Assembly (NCBI RefSeq): GCF_004010195.1
Contig: NC_057718.1
Location: 50,377,380 to 50,441,379 of the forward strand
DNA from: Chiloscyllium plagiosum
Taxonomy: Eukaryota
Reading direction: 5' to 3'
Length of the DNA: 64,000 nucleotides
The stretch's first letter is position 1. The number at the start of each line of letters is the position of its first letter. A program made the translations under genes and the position numbers. Below the pieces are notes generated by a model. It searched no databases. It worked only from the letters and a program-made list of their open reading frames with translations, and was not told the origin of the DNA. Of the stretch, positions 11,510 to 23,200 are shown in pieces.

Positions 11510-13033
11510 AAACTGACTGAAATGTACGGAATACTGAATGGTCTGGACAGAGTGGATGTTCAGAAGATGTTTCAGTTGGGAGAATAGATTAGGACCTGAG
11601 GGCACAGCCTTAGAGTAAAGGGTAGACCCTTTAGCATGGAGATAAGGAGAAATTTCTTCAGCCAGCGAGTGGTGAATCTATGGAATTTATTGCCACAGAA
11701 GGCTTGGAGGTCAAGTCACTGGGTATATGTAAAACAGAGATGGATAAATTGCCAGGGGGATCAAAGGTTACTTCAGCAAGACATTTGATAAGGTTCCCCA
11801 TGCTAGGCTCATTCATTAAGTCAGGAGGTATGGGATACTGGGAGGTTTGGCTATCTGGATTCAGAATTGTTTGGCTGACAGAAAGCAGAGAGTGGTAGAT
11901 AGACGGTATTCTGCCTGGAGGTCAGTGTTGAGTGGTGTCCCCAGGGCTCTGTTCTTGGGCCTCTGCTCTTTGTAGTTTTTATAAATGACTTGGATGAGGA
12001 CATTGAGGGGTGGGTTAGTAAATTTGCAGACAACACAAAGGTTGGAGATGACATTGATAATATTGAGGGCTATTGCAGGCTGCAGCATGACATAGACAGG
12101 ATGCAGAGCTGGGCTGAGAAATGGCAGATGGAGTTCAACCTGATTACATGCGAAGTGATGCATTTTGGAAGGTCGAGCTTGAATGCTGAATATAGGATTA
12201 AAGATAGGATTCTTGGCAATGCGGAGGAAGAGAGGGATCTTGGTGTTCAAGTACATAGATCCCTCAAAGTTGCCACCCAAGTGGATAGGGTTGTTAAGAA
12301 AGCATATGGTGTTTTGGCTTTCATTAACAGGGGGATCAAATTTAAGAGCTGCAAAGTTTTGCTATGGCTCTACAAGACTCTGGTGAATCCACAATTGGAA
12401 TATTGTGTCCAGTTCTGGTCGCCCTACAATAGGAAAGATACAGAGGCTTTGGAGAGGGTGCAAAGGAGGTTTACCAAGATGCTGCCTGGATTGTAGGGCT
12501 TGTCATATGAAGAGAGGTTGACTAAGCTTGGACTTCTCTCTCCGGAGGGAAGGAGGAAGAGAGTTGACCTGATCAAGGTACACAAGGTAATGAGAGGCAT
12601 GGATAGAGTCAATAGCCATAGACGTTTCCCCAGGGCAGGATTGACTGGCATGAGGGGTCATAGTTTTAAGATATTAGGAGGAAGGTATAGAGGAGATGTC
12701 AGAAGTAGGTTTTTTACGCAGAGAGTTGTGAATGCATAGAATGTGTTGCCAGTGGTGGTAGAAGCAGAGTCATTAGGGACATTTAAGTGCCTGCTGGACA
12801 TGCACATGGACTGCAGTGAATTGAGAGGTGCATAGGTAAGGTTATTTTATTTTACATTAGGATTAATCTTTGGCACAACATCGTAGGCCGAAGGACCTGT
12901 TCTGTGCTGTACTTTTCTATGTTCTATGTTACAGGGAGAAAACGGAAAAAATCTATTAACTGTGATTGAATGGTGGAGCAGCTTCAATGGGCCAAGTGGC
13001 CTAATTTATGCTCCTATGTCCTATGTCTTATGC
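11510..13033 (+). mobile_element. Older CR1 3' fragment (11510-11770, 12930-13033) interrupted by a younger CR1 3' half (11773-12930)
   Basis: Inner copy: [43 protein letters not shown], ttctatgttctatg tail. Outer copy ends gctcctatgtcctatgtctta. Confidence 0.85.
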
Positions 13034-14439
13034 TAATGGAGTAGCTGGACCCAAAAGGCAGGGATGGACTCAAAACCAAAATGCTTCCAGTTTGCCATCA
13101 ATGGGCACCGGGAGCTCAACTGGAAAATCCCAGTTGGCCTCTGAATGGAAAATCCTACCTGGGAAATAGGCTATCTACTGCTTTCTGTCATCTAACAGGT
13201 CTGGTGGCATTTACAGCAAGAGACAGTGAGTGAGTGTGTGTGTGAGAGAGAGAGAGAAAGCAGAGATTGGAATCCTGTGCTACACCCCAAGTGGGAAACC
13301 ACAAATCAAATATGGCATTGAATTCTCTGCATTTTAAAGACAGGTTGATCTTCCTAATGGAAGACCTTTCGCATGTGATGTGTGCTCAATCAAATGCTAT
13401 CACACCAGAATTAAAATTTCCCTCCCAATTGTTATGCCTGAGTAACTCATACATGCCTAGAGATTCCCACTGTATCAGTGGCATGCAGCAGAGGAGGTGG
13501 TGGACCTGCTGCAGCCGGTGTGAGGTTCTGCTGCTGTGGCTTCTTTGGGGATCAGCTGGGAATTGAACTAGCATGGGTAGAGGCAGTGTGGGGCATGGCA
13601 GGACGTTTGTCATGGGAAGTGTATCCTGGGAAAGCATGGAGACAGGAATTAGGGCATCTGCTGTAAAGAAAGGCAGGGCATTGTGGTTATTGCAGGATAA
13701 CTCCATAGGGTTGGCAGGAGAGAGGATTTAAAAGGAAAGATGGTGACAGATGGATAGTACACTAGGGTATTATCAATAGTGTCTATGTTGGAGCCCTAAA
13801 GGTTAAACTGAGGGTACAGGGAAGCAGGGGGGAACAATGAGAGTGAGAGGGGGGAAATGGGATGCAATAGCCAAGGAGTTGCAGGGTATGGTTTGGTAAT
13901 GGATGGCTTAATGGAGTATTACAATATTAAAGAACAGGTGGATTGGATAATGGGAGCCCTCAGGATACAAATGGAGCTAAGTATGGGTGTATGCTTCAGG
14001 GAAGAGAAGATGCTAACTGTTATAAGATTGTAGCTGGAGGCTCAAGGGTAGCTGAGGAATGGGGGTCAGAAACAACAGATATGGGGTGTTAATGGAGGAT
14101 CTGTAAAAGATCTTGCACACCATTTTATCACTATGGTACAGAGAGCCCCATCTCAATGAATGCATTAATTACAATTACACAAGGTGGGAGGATGGTCTTT
14201 TTAGTTGGAAAAGTTACCCACATGCTCAATGGTTCAACTAAAGAGATGCCACAAGTGACCATAATTCATCTTTATATGTATTCTCCTGTCTATGATGATC
14301 CCCTAAAACCAACTTCCTGATCATAGATCTCATACCAATGAGATCCCAACAAAGGTTACAAACTAGGGCAAAGTTTATAATGAAGGTAGGTTTAGTTGTC
14401 TGAGGCAAGGGGTGTTGGCTCCATGAGCTTTGGTGTAGG

Positions 14440-14615
14440 AGAGATGGGGTGTGTGGACAGTACTGGCAGTACTGAAGACTTGTGCTCCAGAACTTGTTGC
14501 ATCCCCAGCCAAGCAATTCCAGTCCTGCTTCAACACAGGATTCAATCCAACAATGTGGAAAATTGTCCACGTATGTCCTGTACACAAAAGGCAGGACAAA
14601 TCCAACTCAGCCAAT
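14440..14615 (+). mobile_element. RT fragment of the second CR1/L2-group LINE family
   Basis: AVLKTCAPEL…MWKIVHVCPVHKRQDKSN; same family as 46282-47350. Confidence 0.75.
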
Positions 14616-16404
14616 GAAAGTGAAATCATTGACCAAAAATATTTTCATTAATCAAGAGTGAAAGGTTTGTAACCTTCCTCTGACATAGAAAGCCATTCAG
14701 TTCAAAATGAGTTAGGATTAGCAACAAATGCTGGCATTGCCTGTAAAGCCTTCTTTCTATTATTTTTAAATGTTAACGGATGATCACAAGTGTATACATA
14801 ATGCTAGGCCAAGTCATCCCTGCATGTCTATTGACTACAGTGTAGAGAGACAGTAGAGGATGACCCAGAACCATTCTCAACGAAGACTAGAGCCACAATA
14901 GGGAATAGTAGCACAGGATCAAGCAGTACAGAATGTTGACAACCAAGGGGCCAGTATGATGGTAATCTACTGCAGTCTGTGCAGCTGTCTGCTGTTATCT
15001 GATAGTCAAAGCTGGATATCTTGGGGTTCCATTATTCACATATTCCCAATCTTAGAGGAGGATGTGAATCCATAAGGGTTGGAAGACTATCCGTGTCAGT
15101 GTGGCATAGAAACAAGTAAGCCATTTAGCCCTTTGATCCTGTTCCCCTATTCATTGAGAATCTGGTTGATCTGGCTGTGGCGGCAGCTCTACAGTCTATC
15201 TGAACCCTATCTGAGATACATTTAGATACACAGCTTTATTTTTGTTTATCTTTTTATAATATCTGGTCTTATTTGCCAATGCATGTATGTATGCTCTGCC
15301 TCTTTTTCTCATGCTGTAGTAATTATTATCCAACTTCCAGTCCTGCTCTATTACTTTGTTCTCCTTTTGCACAGCACCTCACACTTGATAACTTTGCACC
15401 ACTATTTAGCCTAAAGCTTTCTCCACTACCCAAATTATATAATTGAACAGGACACTGGTTCTAGCAAAGTTCAGGTGTGGGGCCTTCCAATGGTATAGAT
15501 ACTCTTTGCCTAGTACTATTGCTGGTATCCCAGAAAACAAAACCCATTCCCCACACCAAATGTTTGACCCACACTGTTGAATCTCTAATCTTATTTACCT
15601 ATGCAAATTTGAAAATGACTCAGGCAATAATCCAAGAATTAGAAACCATTCATAAACCCCTTTGCCTGTGAAGCTCTTCAAGGTTCCACTGGAGTCATAG
15701 AATCATACAGTACAGAAGCAGAATCTTCGATTCAACCAACCCATGCCGAGCGTAATTCCAAACTAAACTAGTCCCACTTGCCTGCTCCTGGCCCATATCC
15801 CTCCAAATCTATCCAAATGTCTTCTGAAAAATATTAAAATAAATCTTTAAATAAGCTTGCAACCCCAGGATTAGCTGCAAGATCCACGGTGCTGCAGTTA
15901 TGAACTGCAATAAACAAAAATGCATCAGGGTGGTGACAAATGTCCTATTCAGAAAGTCAAAAAATTTACAACAGATCCTAAGAGTCAGGCTGCCAGAGAT
16001 GTGGGATTTGTTGCCATGGTAGGTTTTCCACAAGTACAAATGGCAATTAATTGCTCAATGTGGCTCCAAGAACTCTCTGGATCAGCCAGCATCTTTAATT
16101 ATGAGAAAGAGGTTTTATTCTCTGAATGTGCAGCTGGTCTGTGATTACGGGAGATAAATCTTTCAGGGGTGAGTGCACTGACCAGAAATCTTTAACAATG
16201 TGTATATCCTCACCCACCTGCAGATGCCACAAGAATTCGTTGTAGTGGGGCTCATGGTGAAAGGAGATACCCACAATAATACTGGCCAAAGACACCAGTA
16301 TGGAACTCACCAAGAACAGACACCAATGCAGCCGATGCCTCAGCGAAGGAACCATGGAGCAAACTATTGGACTTCGAGGGATGAGTATCTGCTGACTGGA
16401 CCAT

Positions 16405-17122
16405 TTCTTTATTGGTCAGAGCATTGAGTATAGGAGTTGGGAGTTCATGTTGCAGTGGTACTGGCCATTGGCTAGGCCACTTTTGGAATATTGTGTGCAA
16501 TTCTGGTCTACCTCCGAAAGGAAGGATGTTGTGAAGTTTGAAAGGGTTCAGAAAAGATTTACAAGGATGTTACCAGGGTTGGAGAGTTTGAGCTACAGAG
16601 AGAGCTGAATAGGCTGAGGCTGTTTTCCCTGGAGTGTCGGAGGCTGAGGGGATGTTACCAGGGTTGGAGAGTTTGAGCTATAGAGAGAGGCTGAATAGGC
16701 TGAGGCTGTTTTCCCTGGAGTGTCGGAGGCTGAGGGTGAACTCATCAAGGTTTATAAAATCACGAGGGGCATAGATAGGATAATTAGACAAGGTATTTTC
16801 CCTGGGTTGGGGGAGTCCAGAACTACAGCATATAGGATTAGAGTGAGAGGGGAAAGATTTCAAAGGGACCTAAAGGACAACTTTATCTTGCAAAGGGTTG
16901 TTCTTGTATGAAATAAACAGCCAGAGAAGTGGTGGAGGCTGGTACAATTATAACATTTTAAAGGTATCTGGGTGGGTACAAGAATAGGAAGGGTTTAGAG
17001 GGATATGGGCCAAGTGCTGGCAAATGGGACTACATTAATTAAGGATATCTGGCCAGCATGGAAGGGTTGGACTGAAGGGTGTGTTTCCATGCTCTACATC
17101 TCTAGGACTATGTGACTCTATG
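16405..17122 (+). mobile_element. CR1 3' fragment with internal 85-bp tandem duplication (16565-16735)
   Basis: [23 protein letters not shown]; ggatgttaccagggttggagagtttgagct starts at both 16565 and 16650. Confidence 0.85.
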
Positions 17123-17239
17123 ACAAATTAATTGAAACACCTCAATAAGCTCCAGAATGAGTATCCAGGATTATTATGCTCTGCTACACCCTACATTAAC
17201 TCGTTCAGTGCAGTTTGGAAGAATTTGCAGAGGGTGACA

Positions 17240-18400
17240 TCCCATTAGTAGGAAAGAATACAAGGAGGATATAAGTACTATTACCATCTTGAGAAAAAAT
17301 GAATAAGGCTAAAAGGTAAATCCTTAGCCCTGATGGCATGCATCCCAGGAATCTAAGAGAGGTCACTACAATGATCATGAATATATTGGTTGTAACTTTC
17401 CAAAACTCCTTGGATTCTGAAGAAGTACCAGCAGATTTAAAAACCAAAGTGACACCCTTATTCAAAAAGGAGGAAGGCAACAAGGAGGTAACTCTGGAGT
17501 GGGTAGTCTAACATGTATTGTTGAAAAGTATTGGAGTCAACTTTTAAGGAAGTAATAGCAGACTTTTGGAAAATCATAATCTAATCAAGCAGGGTTAACA
17601 TAGCTTCATGAAAGGGGAATTGTGTCTGACTAATTTATTAGTTATTGAGGAGGTAACAACCAGAGTGGATAGGGAGGGAGGTGGGGGGTGGAGCGAAATC
17701 CAATGCTGCATTTGGACTTCCATTCGGTGTTCAACAAAGTACCTCACAAAAGGTTAAATAATGAGGTAAGAGTCATAATTGTGTCATGGGCAGGAAACAA
17801 CATGTGTGGGATAAAAGATTCTTTTTCAGTTTGGTGACCTGTAACCAGTGGGGTTCCACAGGGATCAGTGATAGCCCTGCAACTGTTTACAATTTACATT
17901 ATTGACTTGGAGGAAGGAGGCAGTTCAGAGAATGTTCACTAGGATATTCCAAGTTTAGAAAGGTTAAATAGGTTGGGGCTCAACTGTCTGGAGTTTAGGA
18001 GAAAGAGAGGTGATTTCATTGAAGCATGTAGGAGACTTGAGGGGCTTGGCAGGGTAAATGCTGAGAGGATGTTTCCCTTCATGGGAGAACCTAGGACCAG
18101 AGGGTAAAGTCTCAGAATTGAGAACTGTCAATTTAATAGCTAAATGAAGATGAATTTCTTGCCTCAGAGGGATGTAAACTTTTGGAACTCTTTGCCATAG
18201 AGAGCTGTGGAGACAGAGTCCTTATGTATATTTAGGCTGAGATAGATAAATTCTTGATTATTAGAGGAATCAAGGGTTATAAAGAAGAGACAAAAAAATG
18301 TGAATGTGAGGAATGTCAGATCAACATGATCCTATTGAAGAACAGAGCAGGCTTGATGAGCCAAACAGCCTACTCCTGTTCCTTTCTCTTATGGTCTTAT
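17240..18400 (+). mobile_element. Older, internally deleted CR1 ORF2/3' fragment
   Basis: SPDGMHPRNL; gtgggttccacagggatcag (GVPQGS-like); tail cctactcctgttcctttctcttatggtcttat. Confidence 0.75.
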
Positions 18401-18609
18401 AGGAAGATAGGAGAACCAAATTCTCCTCTGATGAGGATGAATGGGAAGGTAATGCTGTTAACGAAGAAGGAGTAGTGCAGCTGCAGTTACCTGTATCAGG
18501 ACAATGGTACAAAGTTGCAGACAGACCCATGAGATCCTCGTCACTACCAGATTCCAAGCCAAATGAAGTGCAGCAACATTTCTGCTCTATAATTAGTTAT
18601 TATCTTTTA

Positions 18610-18797
18610 CGTGGAGATGCTAGTGTTGGACTATAGTGGACAAAGTAAGAACTCACATGATACCATGTTATAGTCCAACAGGTTTATTTAAAATCACAAA
18701 CTTTCAGAGCGCTGATGAAGGAGCAACACTCTGAAAGCTTGTGATTTTAAATAAACCTGTTGGACTATAACCTGGTGTTGTCTATTTCTAACTTTAT
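18610..18797. mobile_element. Second fold-back PLE family-B mini-element with degenerate hammerhead
   Basis: Arms gttatagtccaacaggtttatttaaaatcacaa / ttgtgattttaaataaacctgttggactataac; CTGATGAaggagcaacactctGAAagctTgtg starts at 18712. Confidence 0.8.
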
Positions 18798-20569
18798 TAA
18801 ACTTTGTGTCCAGCTGTGTTTGTGGGTCTGGATATTTATATTTCATTATTCTTTTGTTCTGGTCACTGCATTAAATATGTCATGTTTACCTACACACCGC
18901 TGGAATTATGATCCTGTGTATGAGTAAATCTGAAATAATGTTGATCCCACTTGAACCAAATAGGCTGGACAGACAATGCTTCATTGTCTATGTCAACCAC
19001 AACCTGCGCAATACTGATTTCTAAACATTGATTAGATAGCACATGTACTTATAATTTGGCAAAATATTTTACTGACACATTCTCCAACTGGGGTCAATGG
19101 CTGACAAAAGAACCCTGTCATGTGGACACTAACATGACAGGGCAGTGACTCAGCTGTAGCCACTGCTCAGTCACTGGCCAAAGAGATGACAGTTGGGTGA
19201 ACATTACCTGTTGGGTTACCACATGACTTACAAAGCCCTTGACTTCACTCGTGCTGCTCAAGGTTAAAACCTACATATGGCTTGATAATCAGAGGTGGCA
19301 TTACTGATGATGGGACATCATAAATGTTACATTCATAGAACCACATCATCCAAAAGCAATTGGGAATGAGACACAATGTCCTGGAGTTCTACAAACATTA
19401 CAGCAAATAGCAATAAAAAAGAAAATGCAACAAACTTGCTTTAAATTGAATTAAACATATATTTATGTTTCTTCTAGACATTACTAAACACCTGTACTAC
19501 TTTTGTGCCAAAAGAACTTCTTCATATTCTTTTCCTACTACGATGCCAAGGAACAGCCTGGTGTTTACTATTAAAGTGGAGCTGATGACAGCTGGTTGAC
19601 AATGGATGACCTGGTCACTATCCTCTGGTGATCTCAGACAGAAACGCCTCCAGCCTGCTGCACATCTCCTCCACTGATGTAGGTCTGACCTTTTGGATGT
19701 GATAGGGTCACAGACAGAGAGGATATGGAGCAGCAGGGCACCCTTGGAATTCCCTGGGTTGAACACTCCACTGTGTCTGGCTGGTACTGTCTCACCTCCA
19801 TGTTTGTTTGTGATGACAATGCCCTAGCATCTTGAAGATATGACATACCCAGAGAGGGATCCATGGTGCCTGGTCACCCTCTTTTCCAGCTTTTAATGGA
19901 CTGTACCTGTAGCACCACCGATGGAGTTCAGTTACAGTTACATTTATTAGCTATTCTTTCTATAAAGGCAACTAAAGTTTCACAATCAAGAGCCACAACA
20001 TCAGCCAGAAGTTGGCTGGAGTATTCCACCTTCCACTCCAGTCTGTGCACGACTAGGTGCATCTCTGTATGGATGTTCCCCTGCCTGTCTCTGCATCTCC
20101 AACAGGACGCCAATGGCTGATTTCCAGAAACTCATTAGCTGCATGGACCTCAGCAGGGTCCTGGACTCCAGGGACCCTGGCACTCATATCTTCTATCAGC
20201 CACAGGGAAGTGTCTTTGATGTGCCCACCAGATTAGAAACATGACCCTAATCTTGAACAAAAGAATGTCTCAGTGCTGGTGGAGAGTTCAGGTGAATGCA
20301 GTGATTGTGCAGTGATTGTGAGGATTATGAGATTAATGTCAGAGGTGGAGTTCAAGGTGGAGATGGAGATGGAGTTAGAGGGTCAGCCTTTCCTCTTCCT
20401 AGTTTTAGACTTGCTACAAGAACCTTTAATGAAGAACAAAAATATTTATCTGATGGTTATACACATTCCCTTCTCTAAATAGTGTTTCAGGCATTAGTTG
20501 TATTCCTTGCCAACATCTGATAAAAGAAATCCTCATTTAATTGTTGAACTCATTCTATCTTCGTAGCTT

Positions 20570-20822
20570 GATGGTTCAGTGGTGAGCACTGCTGCCTAAC
20601 AGCAGCAGGGACCTGGGTTTGATTATATGTTTTCCCTGTGTCTGTGTGGGCTTCCTCCCACAGTCCAAAGATGTGCAGGTTAGGTGGATTGGCTATGCTA
20701 AATTGTCCCATAGTGTCCAGGGATGTCGGATAGCCATTGGAATTGGGTCTGGGTGGGATGCTCTTTGAATAGTTGGTGTGGACTGAATGGTCTGCTTCCA
20801 CACTAGAGGGATTCTATGATTC
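20570..20822 (+). mobile_element. HE1/V-SINE-type SINE, diverged
   Basis: cagtggtgagcactgctgcct…cccacagtccaaagatgtgcaggttaggtggattggc…ttccacact. Confidence 0.85.
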
Positions 20823-21952
20823 TCATTTACACACTCAGTTCTTTCTGGTAAATTTGGTCACCTCCTGCTCAAAGGTGAATGGATTATTACATCAGGTGGC
20901 CCTGCACCATTCTTATGTTCTCCCACCTATTGTGAACAGCTTTCTCCTGCAGAGGAGCAGGAGGACTAATGTGTAGTCACAATTAGACTACAGTATGTGT
21001 AGTCACAATACTGGTATGATATGGAATGCTAATTTCCAAACTCCATTATTTGATTTTAATTCTTGGATTTCATGGTCTGAAATGGTTTTAAAAATGGACA
21101 AAATGTTGACTTAAAATGGTCACAGCAATACTTGGCCATGTGTGAGCTAATCCAAATGAAACCATATGAAACAATGTCAAATAAAAATGGTCAGAGCAGA
21201 AATTAATATTTAATCAAAGGCCCCAAAAGCAGTCAACCCAATCAGGCTTATTAAAGTCACTCAGGCTTATTAAAGTCACTCATCTCCTATTTTGATTTGT
21301 GTGATTTGTATTAAAGATGGGATGTCTTCTGCAAATAGAAAACAAAAAAAAAATCTGCAGACAAAATACACAAAACAAAGCTATATTTTAAGGAGTCTCT
21401 TGTGGTAGAAGAAGGGAAATGGATTTGTGATTGCTGAACTAAAGCTGGAGATTTCTCTCACTGTCTTTCTCTCTCTGTTTCTCAAGAAAGATAATTTCCC
21501 GCTGACAGTACTGATTTTGGATCCATGTCAGAACACTGAGAAGATTCATGACTGATGATGATTCAAAATGCCAAATAACAATTGTTGCTTCACATTAGAA
21601 CTTTATGCCTCAAGGACATGTTAAGAATTTTACACTACATATTCCTTTCAACTTCTTTTTTGTGCTGGGCACTATTCAGTTTTAACTTATACTCAATAAC
21701 ATTATTTTTATTCCCTTCAGACTTGGAGATGATGAAATGGATCTTTCTTTCACTTAAAGGTAACCTTGAAATTGACCCCTTATTGCTCCAATAGAGATAG
21801 GTTAGCTAAAGCTTCAATGCGGAGAGACATAGCCTTGTGCAAGAAGCGAATGCATGTTGTTGTTCAAGATCGAAGTGCTGATAGACTCCTAGTCACCTGG
21901 CTGTATTTTATGATTACATAGGCCTATGACTGCTCCTTAGCCCTCCCCAATC

Positions 21953-23200
21953 TGTTATGGACCAGGCCAGACCATTCAAAACATTCTTAACCAGGCAACC
22001 CTCGATCTAACTTTGCAATTTGTTTCAGTAAGTGTACAGTGAAAATTACCTGGACTAAGATAGCTAGGTTGACTACTAGATTTTAAAACAGACCAAAAGT
22101 TTATTCACAAAATTACACAATGAAATACAAAGAACAGAATAAAGAGCCCCTACAGGACTCAGCCTATCGAACTACACTTAATTATGATTTGGAGATGCCG
22201 GTATTGGACTGGGGTGTACAAAGTTAAAAATCACACAACACCAGGTTATAGTCCAACAGGTTTAATTGGAAGCACACTAGCTTTCGGAGTGACGCTCCTT
22301 CTCAGGTGATTTGTCGAGGGCTCAATTGTAACACAGCAAAAATTTTTGCTATAAATTCTGTGTGTTGGACTGGGGTATACAAAGTTAAAAATCACACAAC
22401 ACCAGGTTATAGTCCAACAGGTTTAATTGGAAGCACACTAGCTTTCGGAGTGACGCTCCTTCATCAGGTGATTGTGGAGGGCTCGATCGTAACCCAGAAT
22501 TTATAGCAAAAATTTGCAGTGTGATGTAACTGAAATTATACATTGAAAAATTGATTGTCTGTTAAGCCTTTCATCTGTTAGAATACAGAGATTGTTTCAC
22601 TTCTTTCATGTGTCAATCACAAAACCTTTTTTTTTAAGTTGCATCTTTAAAAAATGCAACTTTAAAAAAAGGGTTTGTGATTTACACATGAAAGAAGTGA
22701 AACTATCACTGTATTCTAACAGATGAAAGGCTTAACAGACAATCAATTTTTCAATGTTTAATTTCAGTTACATCACACTGCAAATTTTTGCTATACATTC
22801 TGGGTTACGATCAAGCCCTCCACTATCACCTGATGAAGGAGTGTCACTCCGAAAACTAGTGTGCTTCCAATTAAACCTGTTGGACTATAACCTGGTGTTG
22901 TGTGATCTTTCACTTTGTACACTTAATTACGCTGTTCTGAATACACACTTCAGTCCCAATAAGCAAACTCCCATCAAAAACCAGTACAAATGGAACACAT
23001 GCTTACAGGCTGATGTTGAAGGGCAGAAAAAAGAGAGTTTCCACACAGCTCCCTGTTGAACTTCCCAGCTCAAGATCGAACTAAAAACTGCTTAGCTTGG
23101 CTTCTCTTTATACAGGTCACTTTGAAAACATGACCATTTTGGCGTGAAGTCTCATCTGTTTACATATAAACAAAGGCCTCTCAAAGTCCTTTTCATCTCA
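21953..23200 (-). repeat. Left (nominal 3') LTR of the Gmr1-type element, truncated and interrupted by a PLE fold-back
   Basis: Begins tgttatggaccaggccagacc; aligns by eye with 27358-27860. Confidence 0.85.
22185..22917. mobile_element. Composite PLE family-B insertion: two tandem - strand pLTRs plus one + strand pLTR forming a ~545-bp hairpin; three hammerhead motifs
   Basis: Arms about 22376-22644 / 22654-22920; motifs at ~22275-22308(-, 1-nt deletion), 22436-22470(-, intact) and 22827-22861(+); 12-bp TSD tacacttaatta at 22173-22184 and 22918-22929. Confidence 0.85.

Larger units (their letters stand above)
14830..18570 (+). pseudogene. PIF/Harbinger transposase pseudogene in four segments (about 14830-15105, 15855-16400, 17125-17240, 18405-18570)
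   Basis: Collinear motifs IYCSLCSCLLLSDSQ / LEEDVNP*GL; KCIRVVTNVLFRK; SQAARDVGFVAMVGFPQVQMAINC; RKRFYSLNVQLVCDY; GERRYP; TMEQTIGL; LQ*APE*VSRIIMLCYTLH; acidic SSDEDEWE and RQTHEILVTTRF. Confidence 0.8.

Noticed and set aside
21242..21279. 19-bp tandem duplication tcaggcttattaaagtcac
   Set aside because: Ordinary local slippage.
22185..22920. CRISPR-like or prokaryotic repeat array
   Set aside because: The repeats are long PLE terminal repeats with no unique spacers; the context is a vertebrate genome with no cas genes.
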